64,000 bases of DNA from an uncultured virus (IMG/VR IMGVR_UViG_3300027896_000015) (taxonomy: Duplodnaviria > Heunggongvirae > Uroviricota > Caudoviricetes). How positions within the stretch are numbered: the first letter of the stretch is position 1; every line of letters starts with the position of its first letter. Positions 40,723-50,412 of this stretch are shown here, piece by piece. Made by a program: the position numbers and the translations under genes. The notes below the pieces were generated by a model. The model was given only the letters and a program-made list of their open reading frames with translations, was not told where the DNA came from and made no database searches. The DNA lies in the IMG/VR virus record IMGVR_UViG_3300027896_000015; one strand, written 5' to 3'.

Positions 40723-41730
40723 CTATTCCTCGTCTGTTTTTCTGACGGGCTGTCCAGAGAACCCGCTGTCGAAGAACTCAGGATGCGACACGCTGCTTCT
40801 GATTTTTTCGACGTCGTGATTGCGGCCAAGCTTGAATCCTATCCTCAGCAGGTTCATCACGTAGTCCGAACCGGGATGGCCGTCCATCATCTTGAAGCCG
40901 TGATCGCCGTAATGCCTTTCGGATTGCTGATGCTCGTTGAACGCGTCCAGCTTGTCGCCCATAATGTTCTCTATTTCCGGAACCGGCTGCGGAATGACGA
41001 TCTTGAAAGAGTTGGTCCAGCTGGTGGTCTCCCTCGGCCTGATCCAGACGGCGGCCATTTCGCTGCCCTGTCCCTCCCCTTTTTCGGCGATCAGGGGATC
41101 CAAGTCGTCGCCGGTCAGGTGGGAGTATATCTTCCTGAACCGGTCCAGGTCGTCCTCAAGAATGCCGGCCTCCAGCTTGGCCCATTTGGCGTAATATCCC
41201 AATGCGAACGACTCGCGTTCCCCCGCGATGATGTCGGGCCTGAGCTGCGATCCAAGGTCGTTCATTTCGCGCCGCATTTCCCGGTACATGTGCCGCGCCT
41301 GGTCGGCGACATTTAAAACCTGCCGCCTTCCCCTGGCAGGCCCGTCGACATACTCCACTTCCATCTTCTGCAGGTCGTCGCTCATCGAAAGAACGCGGTA
41401 GGTGGTTTTGACTCCGTTCTGGAGATTGTAGCCGGAGCCGCCTTCCTTGATTGTGACGTTGCCGTACGCCGAAAACGACGCGCTTTTCGGCTTCCTGACT
41501 CCGGTCAAGGACGCGGTAGAGTCGTTGGCGGAGAAGCCGACGGAGTCGAATTTCAGCTCGACGCGGCCGTCATCGGTGTCGACGCCGACGACGCCTCCCG
41601 ATTCAGATTCGGAGATCGAATCCACGATCCCGTACTTGCCTCTGAGGCTGATTTCATCCCCGACGGAGTAGTCGTGGTTCCCGATTCTGACCGCCACCTT
41701 GAAGATCGAAGCCAGCTTGACGATTCTCAT
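40723..41730 (-). CDS. Hypothetical protein beginning MRIVKLAS
   Basis: AGGAG RBS; AAGG-N19-GAA promoter upstream. Confidence 0.65.
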   Translation of the reverse strand: MRIVKLASIFKVAVRIGNHDYSVGDEISLRGKYGIVDSISESESGGVVGVDTDDGRVELKFDSVGFSANDSTASLTGVRKPKSASFSAYGNVTIKEGGSGYNLQNGVKTTYRVLSMSDDLQKMEVEYVDGPARGRRQVLNVADQARHMYREMRREMNDLGSQLRPDIIAGERESFALGYYAKWAKLEAGILEDDLDRFRKIYSHLTGDDLDPLIAEKGEGQGSEMAAVWIRPRETTSWTNSFKIVIPQPVPEIENIMGDKLDAFNEHQQSERHYGDHGFKMMDGHPGSDYVMNLLRIGFKLGRNHDVEKIRSSVSHPEFFDSGFSGQPVRKTDEE

Positions 41731-41932
41731 GTTGTCTCCTGCTCGGATGCCTGTCGGATTGCCGCGCGCCGCTGCATCATAGTTCCGGACGCTGTTCCGA
41801 TGTTCCTTCAACGACCAGAAACAACCGAGCGCTAAATTGTGCCCGAAAAGCAGGAAACATTAGGGCTGCTTGGAGAATGCAAAGATGGGGGATTTTTTAA
41901 GCCTGCGTGTCAACCCTTGAAGGAGAACAGCC

Positions 41933-42691
41933 ATGCAAAAAGCCAGCGACCTCAAAAAAATCAGCGGAAAACAGGTCATAGGACGGACGCTGCTGTCGTA
42001 CCAGCTGTCCGACGACTTCGTCATGAACTTCGGAATGGGGTGCGTAGCCGGCGGCGACAACATGCTGCATCTGGCCACGGCCAACCACGGGAACGGATCG
42101 CTGATCACGTCGTTCTACCAGAAGGATCTGCCGGGCAACCCGATAGACCAGAAGAAGCTGAGCCAGATGCAGACGCGCGTCTCCATGGCGAAGAAATACT
42201 TCGACATCGCGATATGGCTGTTCGAGGACGACTCGGCGCCGCTGACGTCGCTGCCCGTCAATGTGCTGATTGGGTACATTAACGATGCGGCCAAGTACTT
42301 CGGACAGTACGCGAAGGATGTCTGCTTGGGCAACGAGGTTCTGGAGTACTTCGACATCGGCAAGTGCGCCAAGCTGATCGCCGCAGCCAAGCAGGCGTTC
42401 AAGAAGCGGGTCGGCATACATCTGAACGCCGGCACCGGATCGAAGGAAGCGTCCATCGTCAAGTCGTCAGGTGCGGACGCCTGGTATATCCAGTATCCAT
42501 TGTCGGGCAGCAATCCGCAGTCCCTGAGTGCTTTGGTTTCCCAGACCAACAGCGCGAAGGCGGCCTGTGCGTCGGCGGGCATTCCTGCGATTCCGCTTTG
42601 TGCATTTGAGTACGACCCGACGTCGTCGCACAAGCTGGGATCCCAGATCGTCAAAGCATGCCCGTATCTGATCGGCTACGGGAACGGCTGA
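41933..42691 (+). CDS. Hypothetical protein, possibly glycoside-hydrolase-like barrel
   Basis: AAGGAG RBS; 'LGNE' and 'AFEY' resemble clan GH-A catalytic motifs (weak). Confidence 0.45.
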   Translation: MQKASDLKKISGKQVIGRTLLSYQLSDDFVMNFGMGCVAGGDNMLHLATANHGNGSLITSFYQKDLPGNPIDQKKLSQMQTRVSMAKKYFDIAIWLFEDDSAPLTSLPVNVLIGYINDAAKYFGQYAKDVCLGNEVLEYFDIGKCAKLIAAAKQAFKKRVGIHLNAGTGSKEASIVKSSGADAWYIQYPLSGSNPQSLSALVSQTNSAKAACASAGIPAIPLCAFEYDPTSSHKLGSQIVKACPYLIGYGNG

Positions 42692-42699
42692 AAAAGATG

Positions 42700-42909
42700 T
42701 TGACTTCGTAAAAAAAATATGCCATGATGAAGGTTATGAACGATGGATCGGAGAAGAAGAGAATCAGGAACATGAAAAGACTATTGTCAAGTAGCATATC
42801 GTCGCTGTCCCTCTTAACGGAGGGGTTTGCGGCGGTTTGTACTTGACCGCCGATGAAGGCAGAAGCCTTCGAGAAATCAAGCCCCTCTGGAAACGGAGGG
42901 GCTTTTTTT
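42700..42909 (+). promoter_or_regulatory. Promoter + Leu/Ser/Ile leader peptide + attenuator
   Basis: TTGACT-N17-CATGAT; leader 42772-42846 MKRLLSSSISSLSLLTEGFAAVCT (in-frame ATG also at 42736); terminator 42879-42909. Confidence 0.85.
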
Positions 42910-42932
42910 GTTCTCTGAAAACAGAATAGCGA

Positions 42933-43008
42933 GCGCCCATAGCTCAATCGGCAGAGCAGCGGACCCATAATCCGCCGGTTCCCCGTTCAACCCGGGGTGG
43001 GCGCACCA
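42933..43008 (+). tRNA. tRNA CAT (probably Ile2)
   Basis: Cloverleaf; loop CCCATAA; CCA end; leader contains ATA. Confidence 0.85.
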
Positions 43009-43012
43009 TAAG

Positions 43013-43101
43013 GGAGAGATGCTGTAATTGGTATCAGGCCTGCCCCGAACGCAGGTGGGGTCTCAAAGCCCTTGGGAGTTCGATCCTCCCTCTCTCCTCC
43101 A
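43013..43101 (+). tRNA. tRNA-Ser(CGA)
   Basis: Loop CCCGAAC; long variable arm. Confidence 0.85.
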
Positions 43102-43131
43102 GTATATTTCCATATAGTGATTTGAATAGAC

Positions 43132-43218
43132 GCGAACGTGTCGGAAATTGGTATACGACTCCGACTCAGGATCGGAGGCCCTATGGGCTTGAGGGTTCGA
43201 CCCCCTCCGTTCGCACCA
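43132..43218 (+). tRNA. tRNA-Leu(CAG)
   Basis: Loop CTCAGGA; long variable arm. Confidence 0.9.
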
Positions 43219-43220
43219 AT

Positions 43221-43305
43221 GCGTCCGTGGCGGAACTGGAATACGCGCTAGCCCGAGGCGTTAGCCCCGCAAGGGATGGAGGTTCGACTCCTCTCGGACG
43301 CACCA
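43221..43305 (+). tRNA. tRNA-Leu(GAG)
   Basis: Loop CCGAGGC. Confidence 0.88.
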
Positions 43306-43309
43306 TTAA

Positions 43310-43399
43310 GGAAGGTGAACTGACAAGGCGTCAGGGTGGCCTGCTAAGCCAATCGCCCGCTCATTTGCGGGTGCGGGTCGGGACCGCCACCTTCCGCCA
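43310..43399 (+). tRNA. tRNA-Ser(GCT)
   Basis: Loop CTGCTAA; atypical T-loop. Confidence 0.82.
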
Positions 43400-43406
43400 T
43401 TTTCAT

Positions 43407-43493
43407 GGAGGAATGCCGGAATTGGCAAACGGGCTGGTCCTGAAAACCAGAGCCCTTCGGGGCGTGCGAGATCGTGGCTCGCTTCCTCCGCCA
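43407..43493 (+). tRNA. tRNA-Ser(TGA)
   Basis: Loop CCTGAAA; atypical T-loop. Confidence 0.85.
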
Positions 43494-43500
43494 TTTTAAT

Positions 43501-43588
43501 GCCGGCGTGGCGAAACTTTGGCATACGCAGCCTCCTCAAAAGGGGTCACCGAAAGGCACTGAGGGTTCGACTCCCTCCGCCGGCACCA
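43501..43588 (+). tRNA. tRNA-Leu(CAA)
   Basis: Loop CTCAAAA. Confidence 0.88.
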
Positions 43589-43694
43589 CATATGGACGAA
43601 CAGGTTCATGTCAATTTTTAATGAAGGAGATACGTGTGCCATTTGAGTATAAGAATATCAGCTACTAGGCACAAAACATAAAATGAGGCGATAA

Positions 43695-44420
43695 ATGGGC
43701 AGAAGAAGGACATGGACGGATGAACAGCTCATAGTGGCCGCAAAAGCCGCCATATCGGGATCTTCGGTTCTGCGAATGGTTGGTTTGCAATTGACTGGAT
43801 CAAATCGCACAACAGTAAAAAACGCCATTTTGAGGCTTGGAATTGACACGTCTCATTGGCTTGGAAAAGCCCACATGAGAGGAAAGCATCACACGTGGAG
43901 TAAGAAACTAACCTTGCATGATATGTTGACTCGTGATGCCCCAGTCAGGCGAGCATCATTTAAAAAGTTATTACTCCAAGATGGGATATTACGAAATGAG
44001 TGTTCTGAGTGTGGTCAGGTGTCGTTGTGGAACAATAAACCGTTAGTTATGGTACTAGACCACATCAATGGCGTGCACAACGACTACAAAATAAAAAACC
44101 TTCGCATGCTTTGTCCCAACTGCAACAGCCAACAAGATACATTTTCTGGTAGAAACTTAAGGGGAATTCCAGCCAAACACCCAAGAAAGAAAACGCCGAT
44201 TTTTTGTTGCAAATGTGCAAAGTTATTAACCAGAAAAAACAAAACGCGCATGTGTTTCTCTTGTTTTCAAAGGATTAAAAAAGAGAGTGGCACCAAAGGG
44301 AAACATATTCCAAACGACTTGTTGCTAAATATCAAAAATTTAGGAGTGATGCAAACATCTAGGAAATATGGCGTAAGTCACACAACAGTTGCCAGATGGA
44401 TGAATGCCGTCTCGGCATAA
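43695..44420 (+). CDS. HNH homing endonuclease inserted in the tRNA cluster
   Basis: 'CSECG..LDHING..NLRMLCPNCNS'; markedly AT-rich. Confidence 0.85.
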   Translation: MGRRRTWTDEQLIVAAKAAISGSSVLRMVGLQLTGSNRTTVKNAILRLGIDTSHWLGKAHMRGKHHTWSKKLTLHDMLTRDAPVRRASFKKLLLQDGILRNECSECGQVSLWNNKPLVMVLDHINGVHNDYKIKNLRMLCPNCNSQQDTFSGRNLRGIPAKHPRKKTPIFCCKCAKLLTRKNKTRMCFSCFQRIKKESGTKGKHIPNDLLLNIKNLGVMQTSRKYGVSHTTVARWMNAVSA

Positions 44421-44490
44421 TGGGTTGGAGAGACCATATTGTAATCTGCAAAATAGACACTACAAGTTTCACTTATTTCCTGATACCAAT

Positions 44491-44583
44491 GGACCAATGG
44501 CGGAACTGGATAACGCGCTTGCCCGGAGAGCAAGTTGACCCCGAAAGGTGGTCATGAAGGTTCAAGTCCTTCTTGGTCCGCCA
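44491..44583 (+). tRNA. tRNA-Ser(GGA)
   Basis: Loop CCGGAGA. Confidence 0.88.
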
Positions 44584-44585
44584 CC

Positions 44586-44672
44586 GCGGACGTAGCCGAA
44601 CTGGTAGCAGGCTGCCTCCCTAAAAGGGGCTGGAGAAATCCCGTGCGGGTTCGAATCCCGCCGTCCGCACCA
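44586..44672 (+). tRNA. tRNA-Leu(TAA)
   Basis: Loop CCTAAAA. Confidence 0.88.
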
Positions 44673-44675
44673 TTT

Positions 44676-44760
44676 GCCCGCATGGCGGAATCGACAGACG
44701 CGCAAGTTCTAGGCACTTGTGCCGAAAGGCGTGGAGGTTTAAATCCTCCTGCGGGCACCA
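44676..44760 (+). tRNA. tRNA-Leu(TAG)
   Basis: Loop TCTAGGC. Confidence 0.88.
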
Positions 44761-44805
44761 CATCTGGCGCAAGGGCTCGGTCGCCTGTCCGCGGAAATAT
44801 AGTTC

Positions 44806-45432
44806 ATGCCCGAATTCTCCAACAGATGGTCCCGCAAGCTGTATCATACGCTTCGCCCCTTTAGGGAGGAGCTGGCCAGCCAGCCTCGCAAGTACCTTGA
44901 GATCGGCGTCTTCGAAGGCGGCTCGATACACATGATGATGACATCCTACCTGAAGCATCCCGAAAGCCGGGCGTGGGGCGTCGATCCGTGGGGCCTTCGG
45001 GAGATGAGCCGCAGGCGCTATCCGGCGAACGACGAAGGCCTGAAGAAAATCCAGGCGGTTGAACAGCGTGCCAGGAACAACTTGGCGGAGTTCGGCACCA
45101 AGGTCGAACTGATCAAGGCGTGTTCTCGGGACTACCTGCTCGGTAATCCGTTCCCGGAGGAGTTCTTCGACGTCATCTATGTCGACGGGGTGCATTACGG
45201 CTACGGAGCGCTGACAGACTCCGTCCTGACGTGGCCGCTGCTGAAGGTCGGAGGATTGTGCGTGTGGGACGACTACGAGGCCAGGCACGCTCCCGATCTG
45301 CCGAGGGTTGTGACCGCCTTTCTGTCGGCTCTTGGCCCCGGCAGTCACGAGATTTTAAAGGATGTCAGCCAGCTTTTGGTCCGCAAGCTGGCGCCGATCC
45401 AGCAGGCTCCTCCGCTGGACGAACCAAGTTAG
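44806..45432 (+). CDS. Class I SAM methyltransferase (Methyltransf_24-like)
   Basis: 'YLEIGVFEGGS', 'IYVDGVH', 'LKVGG...DDY'. Confidence 0.85.
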   Translation: MPEFSNRWSRKLYHTLRPFREELASQPRKYLEIGVFEGGSIHMMMTSYLKHPESRAWGVDPWGLREMSRRRYPANDEGLKKIQAVEQRARNNLAEFGTKVELIKACSRDYLLGNPFPEEFFDVIYVDGVHYGYGALTDSVLTWPLLKVGGLCVWDDYEARHAPDLPRVVTAFLSALGPGSHEILKDVSQLLVRKLAPIQQAPPLDEPS

Positions 45433-45470
45433 CCTGGCTTTGTCGGATCAAAAAGCGGTATAATGGTCGC

Positions 45471-45956
45471 ATGGAAAAGGTCAAGATCAACCTCGGATGC
45501 GGGCCTACGCTGTTTCCAGGCTGGCTGAATCTGGACGCCAACAGCAAGCGGTTTCCCGGATCGGTCCAGTGGTGCTGGAACGACCGCATACCGTGCGAAG
45601 ACGGAGCGGCCGACCTGGTCGTCGTCCAGCACGCCTTGATGTACTGTAAGGAACAGGACTACGACACCAACTTCAGGGAGATCAGGAGGGTTTTGGCGCT
45701 CGGATGCGTCCTGCTTCTCAAGGAGGACGACAACCGCCGGCGCTTTTGGCGCGAGATAGGCAGGAGGGACGGCGACGGGCGCGTACGGAGCTCGACCAAC
45801 CCGAGGCTCATTAAATCCGTCTTGGACAGGCACGGCTTCGGACGCCTTGTGTGGGACGCGCATGAGCTCGTGGCAAAGTATCCTACGATCGTCAACAGGG
45901 TTCCCAACCTGCTCAGGAGAATGTTCTTCATCGTGGAGTGCGTCAAAATGCGGTGA
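45471..45956 (+). CDS. SAM methyltransferase-like protein
   Basis: 'KINLGCG...GWLNLD', 'EIRRVL..G'. Confidence 0.75.
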   Translation: MEKVKINLGCGPTLFPGWLNLDANSKRFPGSVQWCWNDRIPCEDGAADLVVVQHALMYCKEQDYDTNFREIRRVLALGCVLLLKEDDNRRRFWREIGRRDGDGRVRSSTNPRLIKSVLDRHGFGRLVWDAHELVAKYPTIVNRVPNLLRRMFFIVECVKMR

Positions 45957-45972
45957 CGCCAAGGGAGAAGGC

Positions 45973-46905
45973 ATGGGCGACATCTACTATTTCGTTCCGA
46001 CTCGCGGCAACAAGATCGCCCTCACGTTCGACGACGGACCCAGCTCAGCCACAATCAACATCCTGGACAAGCTCAGGGCCTTCGGGTGCAAGGCGACGTT
46101 CTTCGCCCTAGGGCGCATGATCGGCATCGACCGCCGGGCGGACATCGTCAGAAGGATCGTCGACGAGGGGCACGAGATCGCCGTCCACGGCATGGTGCAC
46201 AAATCCGAGACGTGGGCTTCGTCCGCGGAGTCGTTCGCCAGCGTCTCGGATACCGTGAGGATCATCAGGGACTGCTGCGGGGTCAGCCCAAAATTCTTTC
46301 GTCCTCCGTTCGGGTGCCTGACGCCGCAAGCCTTGATGGCCGCCAGGAGAGAGAACCTTTCTTCGGTCGGCTGGTCCATCCACATCAAGGAATGGACCTG
46401 CGTCGGATCAATGAGCAGATCCGTGGGCTGGTTCTGGCAGCAGGCCAGGCCAGGATGCATGTTTCTCCTACATGATGACGACCGGAGCCACGTGGCCAAG
46501 CATGTCGACGCCCTTCTCGATATCCTGATTCCGGAGATGCGCCGAAGAGGGCTTGTGTTCTCGACCGTCGGAGATCTCATCGATGAGTGGGATGACGACG
46601 CGGCCTTCAGGATGGGAACCGGGCGCATTCTCGGCTTTAGGCACCAAGTTACCGCGCAACTCAGGCATCCAGGCAGACTGTCGATCGGCATGTCTGTCCT
46701 TCCCGACATACCCATGATCGGAACCGAGTTTTCGATCCGACTGGTAAGGCGCGGACGCGTGCTGGACGAGCGCAAGGTCGCCGCAGGAAGGCTGGATTCG
46801 ATGGCCACTTGGCCGGCGAAAACTAATTTTCCGGTTCCGCGCAGGTCGAGAAACCTGACGCTGTCCATATCGGACGGGCTAGACGCAATCGGTGTGAAGG
46901 TTTAA
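45973..46905 (+). CDS. Polysaccharide deacetylase (NodB/CE4)
   Basis: 'LTFDDGP', 'HEIAVHGMVH', 'FRPPFG', 'LLHD'. Confidence 0.9.
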   Translation: MGDIYYFVPTRGNKIALTFDDGPSSATINILDKLRAFGCKATFFALGRMIGIDRRADIVRRIVDEGHEIAVHGMVHKSETWASSAESFASVSDTVRIIRDCCGVSPKFFRPPFGCLTPQALMAARRENLSSVGWSIHIKEWTCVGSMSRSVGWFWQQARPGCMFLLHDDDRSHVAKHVDALLDILIPEMRRRGLVFSTVGDLIDEWDDDAAFRMGTGRILGFRHQVTAQLRHPGRLSIGMSVLPDIPMIGTEFSIRLVRRGRVLDERKVAAGRLDSMATWPAKTNFPVPRRSRNLTLSISDGLDAIGVKV

Positions 46906-46945
46906 TCGGCTTGATTTTCGCCCTTAGTTCTGATAGCATTCCTCC

Positions 46946-47797
46946 ATGGACGCGCCAAAAAAGATGTCGCTGGGCGACCGCATGAAGCTGTACGAGGACG
47001 CCGAATCCAGGCGCATGCTGATGCCTCTGCTGCCGATATGCGCCAGGCTGGACGGCAAATGCTTCCACAAATTCACCAAAGGCATGGATACGCCGTACTC
47101 CGTTGCGTTTCGTGAAATGATGCTGGACGTCACCACGCACTTGGTCGACGAATCGTGCGCCAGCATCGGCTACACCCAGTCCGACGAGATCAGCCTGGTG
47201 TGGGCCGGTTCGGATTTCAAAAGCCAGACGTTTTTCGACGGGCGAATATCGAAGATTGTGTCGGTTCTTGCCGCCATGGCTTCCGTAAAATTCTTCGATT
47301 TGGTAGTCGATCGCATGCCCGAAAAAAGAAGCATGCTGCCTGTTTTCGACTGCAGGGTTTGGAACGTTCCGACGGAGGCCGAGGCCGTCAACACCTTGCT
47401 GTGGCGCGAGCGCGACGCATCTAAAAACAGCATCACTTCTGCGGCCTTGTGCTTTTACAGCCACAAAGAGATCGAAGGCAAGAACGGTTCGGACAAGCAA
47501 GAAATGCTGTTCAAAAAAGGCGTCAACTGGAACGACTATCCAGCGTTCTTCAGGCGCGGAACATACGTACAGCGCAGAAAAGTCGAGCGGAAGTTTCTTC
47601 CGAACGAGATCGAACGCCTGCCGGAAAAGCACGAGGCCAGAAGAAATCCTGATCTGATGGTCGTCAGAACCGACATCGTCGTCCTCGGCATGCCGCCGAT
47701 CGCGTCGATATCGAACGCGGCCGATGTTGTTTTTAGAGGATGCGATCCGATTCCGATATCGTGTGGCCCAGAACCATCACGTCAAGATGACGATTGA
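46946..47797 (+). CDS. Thg1-like 3'-5' nucleotidyltransferase
   Basis: 'RLDGKCFHKFT', 'YTQSDEISL', 'FDCR', 'WRERDA..NSI'. Confidence 0.9.
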   Translation: MDAPKKMSLGDRMKLYEDAESRRMLMPLLPICARLDGKCFHKFTKGMDTPYSVAFREMMLDVTTHLVDESCASIGYTQSDEISLVWAGSDFKSQTFFDGRISKIVSVLAAMASVKFFDLVVDRMPEKRSMLPVFDCRVWNVPTEAEAVNTLLWRERDASKNSITSAALCFYSHKEIEGKNGSDKQEMLFKKGVNWNDYPAFFRRGTYVQRRKVERKFLPNEIERLPEKHEARRNPDLMVVRTDIVVLGMPPIASISNAADVVFRGCDPIPISCGPEPSRQDDD

Positions 47798-47855
47798 TTT
47801 TGGCGGTTAAAGGCTTAGCGCTCCGTCCTGAAGAAATATATTGTGGGGGATTATC

Positions 47856-48554
47856 ATGCCCACATGCAGAGACTGCAAATGGAGAAAGGATAAAGAATGT
47901 ACCGCCCCGCTTCGGGTGGCCTTGGGAAAAAACGGCAGGCAACCGACTCCGGTTCGGCACTGCATCGGAGCGATCATCGATTCCATGGTTGAGCAAGCTT
48001 CAGGCAAGCTGGTCGAGATCGGACCCGGGAACGCCCAGATGTTCAAGGCGCTGATCGATCGGAAAAGAAGGGACGGAACCGACGTCCAGTGGTACGGCGT
48101 CGACCCGAAATTTATCCATGCGCGCGACGGATTTTATCCTGGCAGCGCGGCCCACATTCCCTTCGACGACAACTACTTCGACATGGCCTGTTCCATCTGC
48201 TCGATAGAGCACTGGCAGGGGTACGGAGAAAGCGTTGCAGACGGGATCGCCGAAATCAGGCGCGTCCTTAAACCCGGCGGGATCATCTGGCTGGTCATAC
48301 CGATCCACTACCACGGCGAGGAGATATTCGTCCGCGGGTATATGCGCGGAATCAAGCGGCCGTTCAAAACTGGCTGGAAGGACGTCCGTTTCGAGCCTTG
48401 GCGCAAGGACTACGAGCCTCTGGAGCCGTTCCGTCCTTGGAAGACCGCCAGGGGACGCAGGCGATCTAGGGTCATCACAAGGATGGTCATGGAGTCTTCA
48501 AGGCAGAAGATCCCGTCAAGCTGGATGCTGGAGGTCACGGCCGCCAAGGATTAG
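47856..48554 (+). CDS. SAM methyltransferase with N-terminal Cys cluster (paralog 1)
   Basis: 'VEIGPG', 'SIEHW', 'RRVLKPGG'. Confidence 0.8.
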   Translation: MPTCRDCKWRKDKECTAPLRVALGKNGRQPTPVRHCIGAIIDSMVEQASGKLVEIGPGNAQMFKALIDRKRRDGTDVQWYGVDPKFIHARDGFYPGSAAHIPFDDNYFDMACSICSIEHWQGYGESVADGIAEIRRVLKPGGIIWLVIPIHYHGEEIFVRGYMRGIKRPFKTGWKDVRFEPWRKDYEPLEPFRPWKTARGRRRSRVITRMVMESSRQKIPSSWMLEVTAAKD

Positions 48555-48562
48555 GAGCATTG

Positions 48563-49249
48563 ATGCCGGCGTGCAAGGACTGCAAATGGATTCTGAAAGA
48601 CGGATGCGGAGCCCCAGCCATGGTCAAGAGGCGCCGTTCGTCGCCCGTCCGCCATTGCATCGGAGCCATCCTGGAGTCCATGATCTCGGAGGCGCGAGGC
48701 AACGTGCTTGAGGTCGGCCCTGGGAACGCGCACGCCCTCCGCAGAAACCTGGTCAGGAAGCGCGAACAGGGCACCGACGTCCTCTGGTTCGGGATCGAGC
48801 CGAGATGGGGCGACGAACGCAAGAACCTGTTCAAAGGCAGTGTCGGACGCATGCCGTTCGTCGACGGATTTTTCGACATGGTCTGTTCCATCTGCTCGAT
48901 GGAGCATTGGCACGAGAAGAGGGACAGCGTCGAGAAAGGCATAGCCGAATGCCGCAGGGTGCTCAAGCCTGGAGGGACTTTCTGGTCGTGCGTTCCGATC
49001 CACTATCATGGCGACTGGATTTTCATCAGGGGCGAGATGCGGACGATCAAGAGAATGTTCAGGCAAGGCTGGGGCAGCGTGCATTTCGATGCATGGAGGA
49101 AGGACTACGAGCCTCTGGAACCGTTCCGTCCCTGGAAGACCGCTTTAGGAACCGACAGGCCAGCCAGGATCGAAAAGGCGGTCATGGAGTCGTCGCGTCA
49201 GAAGGTTCCCTCCAGCTGGCTCCTTGAAATAAAGGCCGTAAAGGAGTAA
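48563..49249 (+). CDS. SAM methyltransferase with N-terminal Cys cluster (paralog 2)
   Basis: Same motifs; shares 'WRKDYEPLEPFRPWKTA' with paralog 1. Confidence 0.8.
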   Translation: MPACKDCKWILKDGCGAPAMVKRRRSSPVRHCIGAILESMISEARGNVLEVGPGNAHALRRNLVRKREQGTDVLWFGIEPRWGDERKNLFKGSVGRMPFVDGFFDMVCSICSMEHWHEKRDSVEKGIAECRRVLKPGGTFWSCVPIHYHGDWIFIRGEMRTIKRMFRQGWGSVHFDAWRKDYEPLEPFRPWKTALGTDRPARIEKAVMESSRQKVPSSWLLEIKAVKE

Positions 49250-49255
49250 TCCGTC

Positions 49256-49816
49256 ATGATCAGGCAGATTGGCAAGCAGTCGCACGACGAGGTCTTCTAT
49301 GACGTTGACGGGGTCAAAGTCAGGCTTTGGCTGATCGTCGGAGGCACTCCGGCTCTTGGAATCGAAGATCCAAAAGAGGGTGCCGGAATTGTTAAGAGGT
49401 TCGGGACGGATCCGAAGCTGTCAAGCCGTCCTGGCGTCCTGACATATGAAGTCCTGCCGAACGGAGAGAAGGATATCGTCTCTTTCGTCGACGAGGTCAT
49501 GCCGATGGTCGAGCGCAGGAAGTCCAGGGATAATGTGTTCAAGCATTTCAAGGTCATGAAGGCTCCGATATTCGAGGACGCTGACGGCAGCAGGTGCATC
49601 CTGCGCGTCAAGTACGACTTTCCATGGGCTCCTCGCGTCAGGATCGACGGCGACTGCGACGTGTACAAGTCCAGCCTTCCTGACGCATGGAAGGAGCTGG
49701 CCGCAGTTCTGGAGGTCGAATCGGGAGAGGACATCGGCTCCCTCAGCAACGCCGAGTACTGGGAGATGGTCAAGGCCCTGAACGCCTGCGCCGCCACGGC
49801 GACGATCTCCGAGTAG
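49256..49816 (+). CDS. Hypothetical protein
   Basis: AAGGAG RBS. Confidence 0.55.
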   Translation: MIRQIGKQSHDEVFYDVDGVKVRLWLIVGGTPALGIEDPKEGAGIVKRFGTDPKLSSRPGVLTYEVLPNGEKDIVSFVDEVMPMVERRKSRDNVFKHFKVMKAPIFEDADGSRCILRVKYDFPWAPRVRIDGDCDVYKSSLPDAWKELAAVLEVESGEDIGSLSNAEYWEMVKALNACAATATISE

Positions 49817-49845
49817 GATGCCGGCTTTTGTTGTATAATGCCGCC

Positions 49846-50412
49846 ATGCCGGATCGACTCAGAACCAGGAAAATAGAGTTTGTTGAGCACCCGTCGGCCG
49901 CGAGGATCGTCACGGCCTATCACCGCTACGGGCATCCCAAAATGAGCCGCGACAGGCTGATGCGTATGCCTACGGAGTTCACCGTCAACGGCCCTCCGAC
50001 GGGCAACATCGAAATAAGGCACGTCCCCGTAAAGGATCTGATCAAGGCGGTCAAATTCATCGGGTGCTGGGGATACCGCAACCGCGTCGGCAGCCTGCAC
50101 GACGAGATTCACTACTGGATCGGCAAAAACGCGACCCCGATGAGCGTCATAACTCTTTTCGCCCACGAGATCGCGCACGCTTTGGGTTACGACGAGGAGG
50201 AGGACGCCGTCATGATAGCTGGCATCGCCGCGTTCGCGTACGACGTGTGCTCGGACGGCGGCGTGGCTAAGGCGGTTATGCGGTCACAGTCCGAAGGGAT
50301 TCTGGACTCGTCGCATTGTTTTTTAACAAGAAGCGACAAGCCGATCAGAATAAAAGGCGCCATGCGGCTCGGCGCGGCGTCGAGCGATCCGCGGCAAGGA
50401 GAGCAGCCATGA
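49846..50412 (+). CDS. Putative zincin-like metallopeptidase
   Basis: 'FAHEIAHALG..EE.A'; ATG 6 nt after TATAAT. Confidence 0.55.
   Translation: MPDRLRTRKIEFVEHPSAARIVTAYHRYGHPKMSRDRLMRMPTEFTVNGPPTGNIEIRHVPVKDLIKAVKFIGCWGYRNRVGSLHDEIHYWIGKNATPMSVITLFAHEIAHALGYDEEEDAVMIAGIAAFAYDVCSDGGVAKAVMRSQSEGILDSSHCFLTRSDKPIRIKGAMRLGAASSDPRQGEQP

Noticed and set aside
42700..42909. T-box riboswitch explanation for the tRNA leaders
   Set aside because: No UGGNACC T-box bulge seen; the elements are short and contain codon-matched ORFs.
43122..43539. ORFs overlapping tRNA clusters (also 44535-44864, 57784-58302, 58744-59461, 61358-61906)
   Set aside because: The sequence is explained by tRNA genes and leaders.
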